Of a DNA stretch of 64,000 nt, positions 55,192-63,794 are shown piece by piece. The stretch lies in assembly GCA_964488545.1 (NCBI GenBank), contig CAZAUL010000001.1:54955-118954 (forward strand), given 5' to 3'. Origin of the DNA: an uncultured Gammaproteobacteria bacterium. GTDB taxonomy: Bacteria; Patescibacteriota; Microgenomatia; UBA1406; GWC2-37-13. The notes under the pieces were generated by a model, which saw only the letters and a list, made by a program, of their open reading frames with translations, had not been told where the DNA came from and ran no database searches. The translations under genes were made by a program, and so were the position numbers. The first letter of the stretch is position 1. The number at the start of each line of letters is the position of its first letter.

Positions 55192-55734
55192 ATGTTAGAG
55201 GAACATCGCGCAGTTATTGAACAAATTAAAAACACTCCCGATTATTTTCAAAAGGCGAAGCTTATTGCTTACCTGATGCGTGATCACAACGTGCGAATAA
55301 AAGATATTGCCGAAATGCTCAAAATGACGCAGTCATATGTATGTCATATTATTCGGTTGAACAAACTTCCAGAATTAATTACAGACGGATACTACTCAAA
55401 GCTTATCACTATTAGTCACTTGTTTGTACTTTCGCTTCTCAAGTCAGAGGAAGCAATGATTACACTCTATGAGGAGATTTTAAGAGATAGTCTCAGTGTA
55501 AAGGCAACCGAAGAGAGAATAAGAAACATGGTGCACAATGTGAGTTCTGAGGGGGATTATGTTGATAAGCACCATATACAAAAATCAACCCAGGTAGTAA
55601 TGGATAAATATTCTGCGAAAGTAAAACTTATCCAGACCCGCATAAAAACAAAGTTGATACTTGAATGGACTGGTTCGCGCAAAGACCGGCATGCAAAAGT
55701 AAAGGAGTTGCTTACAAAATTATCCCAAATCTAA
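55192..55734 (+). CDS. ParB-like HTH protein lacking the N-terminal ParB/Srx (CTP-binding) domain
   Basis: IKDIAEMLKMTQSYVCHIIRLNKLPELI, ITISHLFVLSLL and LSVKATEERIRNM parallel the ParB HTH region. No GxRRxRA-type box is present. Confidence 0.5.
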   Translation: MLEEHRAVIEQIKNTPDYFQKAKLIAYLMRDHNVRIKDIAEMLKMTQSYVCHIIRLNKLPELITDGYYSKLITISHLFVLSLLKSEEAMITLYEEILRDSLSVKATEERIRNMVHNVSSEGDYVDKHHIQKSTQVVMDKYSAKVKLIQTRIKTKLILEWTGSRKDRHAKVKELLTKLSQI

Positions 55735-56352
55735 CACAACTGCAGGAAGTGCAGTTCGTAAGTTAGAAGGAAACGGATTTTGTATTGTCCCCATTTTAGA
55801 AGGGGGGAAATAGCGGTAAAACACCTGTCCGATAACACTCTCCATTGGAATTGGACCAAACTCACGGGAATCAGATGATCGAGGTCTGTTGTCACCCATA
55901 ACAAACAGCATGCCATCAGGCACGGTCACTGCTTCTCCGTCTTTGGAAAAGCCACCCTCCCACAGATTAGTTTTTGCGGCGATATAGTCTTCTTTAAGAA
56001 GTTGACCATTTACATACACTTCGCTGTCTTTTACCATTACCTGATCGCCAGGCACACCAATAATACGTTTAATATACTCAATATCGGGATTGTGAGGGGA
56101 TCGAAACACGACTACATCGCCACGCTCATACTCTCTCATTTTATAGGTGACTTTGCTTGTAAAAATATAGTCGCCTGAGTTAAAGGTAGGGTCCATTGAA
56201 GCGCCTTTTACCTGATTAGGCTGCATAACAAAAAGATATACCACAATAAAAAGTGACCCAACAAAAACAACCGTTTCAAGAATATCCATGATGAAGTTGA
56301 ATATCCCTTTTGCAATTTCGAGAAAATCGATATCAAGATCCATAAAAGTCAT
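55720..56352 (-). CDS. lepB: Signal peptidase I (LepB)
   Basis: VKGASMDPTF (catalytic Ser), KRIIGVPGD (Lys), and GDNRPRSSDSR. ATG at 56352 was chosen; the longer track ORF translates the heptad repeat. Confidence 0.9.
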   Translation of the reverse strand: MTFMDLDIDFLEIAKGIFNFIMDILETVVFVGSLFIVVYLFVMQPNQVKGASMDPTFNSGDYIFTSKVTYKMREYERGDVVVFRSPHNPDIEYIKRIIGVPGDQVMVKDSEVYVNGQLLKEDYIAAKTNLWEGGFSKDGEAVTVPDGMLFVMGDNRPRSSDSREFGPIPMESVIGQVFYRYFPPSKMGTIQNPFPSNLRTALPAVVLDLG

Positions 56353-56366
56353 TGTACCATTTTTTA

Positions 56367-56401
56367 ATGACCAATGATCAATGACCAATAACCAATAACC
56401 A
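56367..56401. repeat. Five tandem heptamers ATGACCA ATGATCA ATGACCA ATAACCA ATAACCA
   Basis: Read directly from the sequence, 15 nt upstream of the lepB start (minus strand: TGGTTAT TGGTTAT TGGTCAT TGATCAT TGGTCAT). Same family as 26882..26916. Confidence 0.65.
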
Positions 56402-56413
56402 AAGCGGGTAGAG

Positions 56414-56443
56414 TTGGAAAAAGAGATGGGAATCAATTACAAT
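56414..56443 (+). promoter_or_regulatory. Candidate tRNA-Val promoter TTGGAA-18-TACAAT
   Basis: Read directly from the sequence, 15 nt upstream of the mature tRNA 5' end. Confidence 0.4.
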
Positions 56444-56458
56444 AGGAGGGTATTAATT

Positions 56459-56532
56459 GGCTGTTTAGCTCAGCTGGCTAGAGCGTTGCATTCACATTGC
56501 AAAGGCCGGGGGTTCAAGTCCCTCAACAGCCA
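56459..56532 (+). tRNA. tRNA-Val (anticodon CAC)
   Basis: Manual cloverleaf: 7-bp Watson-Crick acceptor stem GGCTGTT/AACAGCC, D stem GCTC/GAGC, anticodon stem TTGCA/TGCAA with loop TTCACAT, T arm GGGGG-TTCAAGT-CCCTC, discriminator A. No encoded CCA. Confidence 0.85.
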
Positions 56533-56553
56533 CATACGATTAACCTGTTAAAT

Positions 56554-57528
56554 TTAGTTTGAATAGGTGTTCATTATATATTCAATCCATTGAGAGTACT
56601 TCCGGATATCTACAAGGAAAGTTGGGTATGGTGCTTGACCTGACTCGGCACTGTGCATCAGTCCTACCAAATAGTCTTTTCCATTATGATGTATAAGTCC
56701 TGGTCCGCCGGAATCTCCGCCGCATGCACTAGATGTATAGTTTCGTTCATCTTTAAATCCCACATTAAAAAGTGATTGATGATCTATGATCTTCAATACA
56801 GGTAAACTAATTTTTCTCAGTTTGCCATCAATATAAAGTCCCTCCAGCGGGACAGGTGCGTTAGTAGGTTGTCCTATGGGCTCCCTGCATCCATAGCCAA
56901 GTAAAGTAACATATTTACCTACTGAAAGGGTGGCTTGAGTAATAATCTTTTTTTTACCATCCTGCACTATTTGATTGGATTTAAGAGTGGTGGGGGGTAA
57001 GCTTGGATATTTGCTTATAGTTGCCGGTGTTTGAAGTTTGACCATAATGAGATCGGCTGTGTAAAATTGTTGTTCCTGATTATTTGGGTCAAATTGATAT
57101 GCATAATATTCTGTGCTCATTGAGTCATAATCTACTCCTACCTGCTTGCTACTAATGTCGGGATTGTCATAGTAAATAAAGGTAGCATTTGCAAATATAT
57201 CTTTGCCAGTATAGTCATCGACAATACAATGTTTAGCTGTTAAAAGCCAGTGCTGGCTGAGTAGCACACCACTGCACTTGTTATAAGGAGCATCAGTTCT
57301 GTCAGAAAACCATGCATATACATAGGCAACATATGGATACTCTCCTTTTTGTACTTCGGTTCCACCGATAATTGATGATTTATTTGTAACCGGTGCGGCC
57401 TTAGAAGTGGATGATTGGCGTTGGGTGAGTAGGCGCTGGCTTAAGTATACTAGACAGAAAAAAAGTAATGCTGTTGCGAGAGAGAAGTATGTAATTTTTT
57501 TTGAAAAACACACACGATTTAAACTCAT
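56554..57528 (-). CDS. Secreted trypsin-like serine protease (S1 family)
   Basis: Signal/TM helix, IIGGTEVQKGEYPY, LTAKHC (His), DLIMVKL (Asp), and CGGDSGGPG (Ser). Confidence 0.85.
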   Translation of the reverse strand: MSLNRVCFSKKITYFSLATALLFFCLVYLSQRLLTQRQSSTSKAAPVTNKSSIIGGTEVQKGEYPYVAYVYAWFSDRTDAPYNKCSGVLLSQHWLLTAKHCIVDDYTGKDIFANATFIYYDNPDISSKQVGVDYDSMSTEYYAYQFDPNNQEQQFYTADLIMVKLQTPATISKYPSLPPTTLKSNQIVQDGKKKIITQATLSVGKYVTLLGYGCREPIGQPTNAPVPLEGLYIDGKLRKISLPVLKIIDHQSLFNVGFKDERNYTSSACGGDSGGPGLIHHNGKDYLVGLMHSAESGQAPYPTFLVDIRKYSQWIEYIMNTYSN

Positions 57529-57613
57529 AATTTATAGTTGATATTATTTTAAACTTTGTTATCTCTAAATATAACAATAATAAGTAGCTGATTAATAAGG
57601 AATAATGTTGGTA

Positions 57614-57644
57614 TTGACTTATTGCAAATGATTTGCAATAATAT
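57614..57644 (+). promoter_or_regulatory. Promoter TTGACT-17-(TGc)AATAAT containing a 23-bp Fur-family-type palindrome TTATTGCAAAT-G-ATTTGCAATAA
   Basis: The palindrome at 57619..57641 is perfect (11-1-11). The -10 ends 6 nt before the ATG at 57649. Confidence 0.55.
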
Positions 57645-57648
57645 CACT

Positions 57649-58050
57649 ATGGATGATGCAACGAACCTCACGCGGGCTGGTGTTCGTATGACCAAACAAA
57701 AAAAGTGGATTCTTGAAGGTCTATGTCACCACCCGCAATCAGCTGAGGAATTATTTGTAAAGCTTAAGAAAGCCGGTCATAGGCTTGATATAACTACCAT
57801 TTATAGAAATCTGGAAACTCTCGTTGTCGGAAATATTCTTGTTATGACCCGGTTTGCCGACGGTGTAGCACGATACGAACTCAAGCAAGGAGCAAAACAT
57901 CATCATCATGCAGTGTGTGATAATTGCGGAACAATAATTGATATTGAACTTGATGAAGACTTACTCATGAGTCAGGTATCTAAACAGACCAGTTTTCGTG
58001 TCGATCGTCATATGCTCGAGTTTTTTGGCAAATGTGCGAATTGCAAATAG
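57649..58050 (+). CDS. zur: Fur-family metalloregulator (probably Zur)
   Basis: VRMTKQKKWILEGL winged helix, HHHHAVCDNCG and CANCK metal sites. Precedes a metal ABC transporter. Confidence 0.85.
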   Translation: MDDATNLTRAGVRMTKQKKWILEGLCHHPQSAEELFVKLKKAGHRLDITTIYRNLETLVVGNILVMTRFADGVARYELKQGAKHHHHAVCDNCGTIIDIELDEDLLMSQVSKQTSFRVDRHMLEFFGKCANCK

Positions 58051-58080
58051 TCTGATTTTACTAATTTTCTTAATAATCAT

Positions 58081-58995
58081 ATGAATCAGAAAGGTTTGGT
58101 TGGGATTGTTCTTGTACTGGTTGTTGGTCTTGTAGCAGGCGGTTTTTTTTATTTTCAACAAATCGGTACGAACAAAAAAAATACTGAAAATCCGCCGACA
58201 GCCAAGATTCGTGTCACAACATCGTTTTACCCGTACACATTTCTTGTTCAAGAAGTAGGTAGGGAACTTGTTGATGTAGTTAGCCTCACCCCACCTGGTG
58301 CCGAAGCTCACGACTTTGAACCGACCGCAAAAGATATTGCGCTCCTTGAACAAAGCGCGCTTATTATTGTAAATGGTGGAGGTGTTGAATCATATGAGGA
58401 TAGTATTAGAAAAGCCTACTCAGGTAAAAATATACAAATAGTTGCACTAGGGTCCCTCCATATGGTTGGCCGTGACCCGCACGTGTGGCTTGACCCGGTT
58501 ATAATGGGAAAAATGGCACTTGATATTGCTGATGCATTAGGTGAAATAAGCCCCAACAATAAGCGTGAGTTTGTAGCCAATGCAAAACAACTCCAAGCAC
58601 AAATGAATGCACTTGATAGCGAGTACGACAAAGCTACCGAGCGTTGCAAAAAAGACACTATATTTACTGCACACACTGCGTTTGGATATTTGGCAAAAAG
58701 ATACGGTTTTAATGAGGTTGGTATTGCCGGCATACACCCTGAAGAAGAGCCATCTGCGAAGGAGCTTGGACAAATAACTGAAGAAGTAAAAAAAACAGGA
58801 GCGCGATATGTACTTCTTGAGGAGATGGCACCTACAAAATTTTCAGAAATACTCGCTGAAGAAGCTGGGGTACGTCTGCTTGTGTTAAGTCCAATTGAGA
58901 GTATTACTCAAGACGAGCTAACTGCAGGAGAGTCGTATATCACAAAACAAAAAGGTAATATTACAACTATTAAAACAGCACTTGAGTGTTTATGA
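58081..58995 (+). CDS. znuA: Metal (Zn/Mn) ABC transporter substrate-binding protein, ZnuA/TroA family
   Basis: N-terminal anchor, AEAHDFEPT, and DPHVWLDP. Confidence 0.85.
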   Translation: MNQKGLVGIVLVLVVGLVAGGFFYFQQIGTNKKNTENPPTAKIRVTTSFYPYTFLVQEVGRELVDVVSLTPPGAEAHDFEPTAKDIALLEQSALIIVNGGGVESYEDSIRKAYSGKNIQIVALGSLHMVGRDPHVWLDPVIMGKMALDIADALGEISPNNKREFVANAKQLQAQMNALDSEYDKATERCKKDTIFTAHTAFGYLAKRYGFNEVGIAGIHPEEEPSAKELGQITEEVKKTGARYVLLEEMAPTKFSEILAEEAGVRLLVLSPIESITQDELTAGESYITKQKGNITTIKTALECL

Positions 58996-59696
58996 ATAAA
59001 CAAAACACAATAGAAGATATTGCAGTTTCTCTTAAAAACGTATCATTTGGATACGGTGGGGAGTTAGTGCTCACTAATGTAAGTTGCGATATACAAGCAG
59101 GCGAGTACGTGGCGCTTGTTGGGCACAACGGCAGCGGTAAAACAACATTGTTACAGCTCATGCTCGGTTTACGATCGCCCCACAAAGGGACGATTCTTTT
59201 ATTTGGTAAGGATACTGCCCAATTTAAGTCTTGGAACTGGATAGGATATGTTCCACAGTACTCCCCGCTTCGTGCAGCACAGACTCCCCTTCGCGTGGAT
59301 GAAGTGGTAGGTATGGAAACTGCAAATACTGATGAGATAGTAGATGCACTTGATGCAGTTGGCATGAAGTCGTATGCTCACGCACTGGTACGGGAGCTTT
59401 CAGGTGGTCAGCAACAGCGTGTATTTATTGCAAGAGCGCTTGTAAAGCGACCTAAGTTGTTGATTTTGGATGAGCCGACTGTGGGAGTTGACCAGACAAC
59501 GCAGGATAAGTTTTATGATCTGCTAGACAAGTTTAATAAAAAATACGGAATGACTATCATTCTTGTATCACACGATCTTCACACCGTTTCGCACCGCGTT
59601 CAAAAGGTAATGCAACTTGATCGAAAAATGTTCACATATACCACAAATGACTGTTATGTTGATCATATTCACGAAAAACATGGAAACGCTCATTAA
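58992..59696 (+). CDS. znuC: Metal ABC transporter ATP-binding protein
   Basis: Walker A GHNGSGKTT, signature LSGGQQQR, Walker B LLILDEP. The ATGA overlaps the znuA stop. Confidence 0.9.
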   Translation: MNKQNTIEDIAVSLKNVSFGYGGELVLTNVSCDIQAGEYVALVGHNGSGKTTLLQLMLGLRSPHKGTILLFGKDTAQFKSWNWIGYVPQYSPLRAAQTPLRVDEVVGMETANTDEIVDALDAVGMKSYAHALVRELSGGQQQRVFIARALVKRPKLLILDEPTVGVDQTTQDKFYDLLDKFNKKYGMTIILVSHDLHTVSHRVQKVMQLDRKMFTYTTNDCYVDHIHEKHGNAH

Positions 59697-60492
59697 TCTT
59701 TTTCAGTACGAGTTTATGGTTCGCGCATTTATTGCGGGAGTTATGATTGCTGTGGTAACCCCTCTTATTGGGGGGTTTTTGGTTGTGAGACAGATGTCGA
59801 TTATGGCAGATGCATTAGCCCACGTGGCACTCGCAGGGGTAGCACTAGGTTTATTTATAGGAGCTGACCCCATAATTACAACACTTGTTGTAACCATTTT
59901 AGTAGCAGTGACCATCGAGCGTCTTCGTAACGGCGGAAAAACTTCAAGCGATGCACTCCTTGCTATGTTACAGCCCGGAGGGTTGGCAGTATCATTAGTT
60001 CTGGTGAGTCTTGCAAACGGTTTTAATGCAAGCCTAACCACCTATCTTTTTGGATCAATAACCGCAGTAAATGGAAACGACTTATGGATTATGGGAGGAC
60101 TTAGCATTCTCATTATTGGTACGATAGTAGGTTTATATAGAACTTTGTTGTACACTGTGTTTGATGAAGTAAGCGCGCGGGCTAGTGGAATGCCGGTATT
60201 TGTACTTAACTCAATTCTTATGGCGCTTACTGCACTAACTGTATCAATTGCCCTTCGTACTATCGGAGGACTTCTCGTAGGAGCTTTAATGATTATTCCT
60301 GTGTCGACTGCTATGCTGTTTGCACGGGGATTTAAACAGAGTTTGTTTTATGGAATTGGAATCGCCTTAGTCGAAGTAGTATTGGGACTTATCGTCTCAT
60401 ATTACCTTGATCTTCCCGCCGGCGCAACCATAGTACTTGTTTCCCTCCTTACTTACCTTTGCACCCGGTTTGTTTTTTCTGCAAGACGCTAA
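59680..60492 (+). CDS. znuB: Metal ABC transporter permease
   Basis: ABC-3 family pattern (FMVRAFIAGVMIAV...MADALAHVALAGVALG). Internal ATG at 59680 was chosen. Confidence 0.9.
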   Translation: METLINLFQYEFMVRAFIAGVMIAVVTPLIGGFLVVRQMSIMADALAHVALAGVALGLFIGADPIITTLVVTILVAVTIERLRNGGKTSSDALLAMLQPGGLAVSLVLVSLANGFNASLTTYLFGSITAVNGNDLWIMGGLSILIIGTIVGLYRTLLYTVFDEVSARASGMPVFVLNSILMALTALTVSIALRTIGGLLVGALMIIPVSTAMLFARGFKQSLFYGIGIALVEVVLGLIVSYYLDLPAGATIVLVSLLTYLCTRFVFSARR

Positions 60493-62683
60493 TCTGCACT
60501 TTTAATATTTGACAGATTTTGTAAAAAACCCTTGATTTGCACCAGTGCGGTAGTGCTCTCAAGCTTGGATGTTTGATGCATTGTGGAGTGGGAGTGGGTT
60601 CTGGTGTGGAAGTTGGAGTTTGCGCTTTATTTATTGTACCCCCTGTTACACTATCAAAATCAATCAGATACTTGTCACTTTTTCCTTCATAAGTATCTGC
60701 TGTAAACGTAGACCACTTATGATTATCCTCCCCTATTTGCCAAACATGCACAGTATAACTCCCCGTTTCAGTGCCAGTTATGGCAAGTGTATAATTACCG
60801 CTCATGATACTAGTTAGATGGATGTACGAATCACTTTCAAAAGCTGTACCTGTTGGTCCGACCACCCTCATTGTTGCAGGTGACTGCAAGAATAACAAGA
60901 TTGCTGGAAATATAGGAGTTTGCTTACCGGGTAGGAGTGTAACCTGACTTGAGTCTAAGTCTAATTTATCAAAAATTGCATGTAAAAAATCATCCCTATA
61001 AATTGTCTCTCCATGCAGAGCCTTTGCGGTATAAAAGGGATAAATACTTGCACTATTTTCTGGGACTAACCCATCACCATATTGTATTTGTGTGGAGGTT
61101 GGGTGCCCGTCTGGATATATATTCAATAAAATATCAGTTGGAGTTCTCTCCGAGAGTGTGTATGCATACTTTGTTTCATATTCAGTACCTGCTATACGCG
61201 TTAGGACCTGGTTTTCAGAGTGTATTGGGTAGCTCATTAATACATTATTTGCGATAAGAGAATTGATGGGTTGATAGGTGTTATTAAAAAGAAATGAATA
61301 GGTTGGAACAAGATCAAAAAGAACTGGCATGTATTGGCGAACCACATCTTTTTTTGAAGTGAACATACCGGCATTTAATTGAAGAATAATATTTTCTGCA
61401 AGCCAGGTAAGAGTATTCTCACGTTCAATTTCGCCTGCCGCAAGGGGTTTATATGACTGAAGTGTTCCCCTAAGAGGTGCCGCAACTGATATCGATTTTT
61501 TAATTGGTTTTTTATGTGAATTATCTGAACCATATATGTGTGAAATTACACCTCCAAGTGAATGTCCAATAATTTGGACAGGTTGATATTGATTGCGTCT
61601 CCATATTCGACTTTGTATAAACAGATCAAGTTGTTCTGTTGTTTTTTTTATGGGTTGACGCCAGTCATACGGAAATATAAAAAATGTACCATTTTCACTG
61701 TAACCTAACTGATTAAATGCAGAAATGAGTGAATCGTATTCTGTAACTACAGGATTAATTTTCCAATCGTCAGGCATCACATCTTGGTTATGAAGAATTG
61801 CATTTTTATTCCAAGATGCAAACATGCCTGGAATAAGGATTGTTGGATATTGAATAGCAATTTGCTCTTGTGACATTAGACCGATACCTTGGGAATAATC
61901 ACCGTAAAGCCAAATATCGTTATTTTGCTCTAGCGGATTGGGATTTCCCATAGTATTTGTAATTATTTGTGGAATACTCCATTGTGTTTGACACCCTTTA
62001 AAATCAGTAGATTCCACATACTCAAGTCCCCGTGGTGAGTTATAAAACAGTAAACTTGTTCCGTTATGAATTACAAAAGCAGGTCCCGATCCCTCGGGAA
62101 GTATGGGATTATGGGTGCATTTATTCCAAATTTTTCCATCGGTTGATTCTGCAAGGCCAATCTGCCATTTTCCATTCCCATTACCCGCATACAGTAAGTA
62201 GTATATATTGGCAACTTTAAAGATATGGGGCGAACTAAGCGAACTACCCTCCCATGGTTCTCTTGAAGAAAGCATTTGTTGGGCATTGTCTGGATTAAAA
62301 TCGTTATCAGCTTGGGCAGTATTACTCCAGATAGAAATAGGTCCACCATTAGAAGATCCAAAAAAAAGATGATATGTATTATCCTCGACTAATAGTGATG
62401 GATCATGTGCATGAAGATTATTAGTCACATTGAGAACCTCATGAGCATACCAATCAACTCCATTTGCAGATCGAGCAATCGCAATTTTTACTCGTTGTCC
62501 ATCACTGGCACTAAACCACATACCATAGCCATATGGCTGACGTGCTATCGATGATTGAAAATATTGAACAAAATTTTCAGTTGGGGAAATTAACGGCGTA
62601 TTTTGGTATAGATGGGGAGCATATGTGGCTTGAACTGGTACAACAAAAAAAAGAGTTAATATAACATAAATAAATATAACCAT
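60449..62683 (-). CDS. Secreted multidomain protein: N-terminal beta-propeller (GH43/GH32-like) plus an alpha/beta-hydrolase lipase/esterase domain (GHSLGG) plus a C-terminal beta-rich region
   Basis: Signal peptide, repeated W/DG propeller-like blades, IIGHSLGGVISH nucleophile elbow, and a TPTSTPEPTPTP linker. The 3' end overlaps znuB by 44 nt. Confidence 0.5.
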   Translation of the reverse strand: MVIFIYVILTLFFVVPVQATYAPHLYQNTPLISPTENFVQYFQSSIARQPYGYGMWFSASDGQRVKIAIARSANGVDWYAHEVLNVTNNLHAHDPSLLVEDNTYHLFFGSSNGGPISIWSNTAQADNDFNPDNAQQMLSSREPWEGSSLSSPHIFKVANIYYLLYAGNGNGKWQIGLAESTDGKIWNKCTHNPILPEGSGPAFVIHNGTSLLFYNSPRGLEYVESTDFKGCQTQWSIPQIITNTMGNPNPLEQNNDIWLYGDYSQGIGLMSQEQIAIQYPTILIPGMFASWNKNAILHNQDVMPDDWKINPVVTEYDSLISAFNQLGYSENGTFFIFPYDWRQPIKKTTEQLDLFIQSRIWRRNQYQPVQIIGHSLGGVISHIYGSDNSHKKPIKKSISVAAPLRGTLQSYKPLAAGEIERENTLTWLAENIILQLNAGMFTSKKDVVRQYMPVLFDLVPTYSFLFNNTYQPINSLIANNVLMSYPIHSENQVLTRIAGTEYETKYAYTLSERTPTDILLNIYPDGHPTSTQIQYGDGLVPENSASIYPFYTAKALHGETIYRDDFLHAIFDKLDLDSSQVTLLPGKQTPIFPAILLFLQSPATMRVVGPTGTAFESDSYIHLTSIMSGNYTLAITGTETGSYTVHVWQIGEDNHKWSTFTADTYEGKSDKYLIDFDSVTGGTINKAQTPTSTPEPTPTPQCIKHPSLRALPHWCKSRVFYKICQILKVQISVLQKKQTGCKGK

Positions 62684-62742
62684 ATACCAAGAGTTGTAGG
62701 ACGAAGTTATTAGTCATGCAATGGTTTATATACCACATTTGC

Positions 62743-63657
62743 TTATTTTTTATTGATATATAGCTCTAAAATACTACCTTTATGGTTGATAGTTAGTAAG
62801 GGTGTAGCTATTTTTGCAATACACAAATCAAACAGATAATAAAAAAGAGATTTCCGTAGTGAATCATTACTCGAATGTGACAGTTGATACCCTTCTACTT
62901 CCTTTTTTTCTTGATTCTTTCTTTTTTTTAAAATAGCTTTCAAAATACCCATAAAATGTTCGCTATAGCTATATGTTTTAAATTGCATATTGCACTTATA
63001 CTTTTGGAGCATTTGTTTAAATGAAAATCGAGAAAATATCCAAGGATGTTCGGGAGCAAGCAGAAATGTGTAATTGCTCTTTTCTGCGTATAGTAGAAAA
63101 CTATCAGCATTTGGAGTTTCAATGTACAATAATCCACCTGGATTAAGCAGTGTAAATAAATCCTTTATATGTTTTTGAGGATTAGCAAGATGCTCAATAA
63201 CATGAATCGAAGTGATGATGTCATATTTTTTACTGTGTTTTGACTGTAAATATTCGTGTGCAGTGCCAATATAAACAGGTAAGTTAAACTTTAGATGTGA
63301 TGATTTTGCAAGTACTTTTGCAGGTTCAATACCGAGTATTTCGTTAAAATACGGTTTGGCACAATCCAGAAAAAAACCATAACCGCTACCAACATCACAA
63401 AGCGAGGCATTATTGCCTTTCAAAGTAACCAACTGTTGTATTATTTTTTTTGATCTAGTTCGGATTATATGTTCATTAATAGACCCGTCAGCATAGGTAA
63501 ATGTATCTTTGTAAAACCTATCTAGTTTTTTTTGACTTATCCGCGGAAAAGTGAAAATTGTTTTGCATAGTTCACACCTATAATATGTATACATTTTTAA
63601 CTCAGCAAAAAAATGTATTGACGTACGAGAACATAGTGGACATATTTTTGACTTCAT
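62743..63657 (-). CDS. Class I SAM-dependent methyltransferase with an N-terminal CxxC...CxxC zinc ribbon
   Basis: CPLC...CELC, the SAM motif LCDVGSGYGFFL, and DIITSIHVIEHL. Confidence 0.75.
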   Translation of the reverse strand: MKSKICPLCSRTSIHFFAELKMYTYYRCELCKTIFTFPRISQKKLDRFYKDTFTYADGSINEHIIRTRSKKIIQQLVTLKGNNASLCDVGSGYGFFLDCAKPYFNEILGIEPAKVLAKSSHLKFNLPVYIGTAHEYLQSKHSKKYDIITSIHVIEHLANPQKHIKDLFTLLNPGGLLYIETPNADSFLLYAEKSNYTFLLAPEHPWIFSRFSFKQMLQKYKCNMQFKTYSYSEHFMGILKAILKKRKNQEKKEVEGYQLSHSSNDSLRKSLFYYLFDLCIAKIATPLLTINHKGSILELYINKK

Positions 63658-63758
63658 GCAGCAATCCTATGCGAGCAAGAAATTTTTGTCTGTAGCTTAT
63701 AAACCACAAATCATTATTTTTGTGTTGTTATGAAGGGAAAATTTGTTTATTATCGGTA

Positions 63759-63786
63759 ATATCTGATTATTCGAATAATCAGATAT
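63759..63786. promoter_or_regulatory. 28-bp perfect palindrome ATATCTGATTATTCGAATAATCAGATAT, second copy of the YerC-associated dyad
   Basis: The 24-bp core is identical to 2070..2093. It overlaps a TATAAA -10-like element (63784..63789), 5 nt before the ATG at 63795. Confidence 0.6.
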
Positions 63787-63794
63787 AAAATCCT

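Noticed and set aside
56353-56436. N-terminal extension of lepB in the ORF track (MIPISFSNSTRFGYWLLVIDHWSLKNGT).
   Set aside because: It is simply the translation of the tandem heptad repeat. Signal peptidase homology starts after the Met at 56352.
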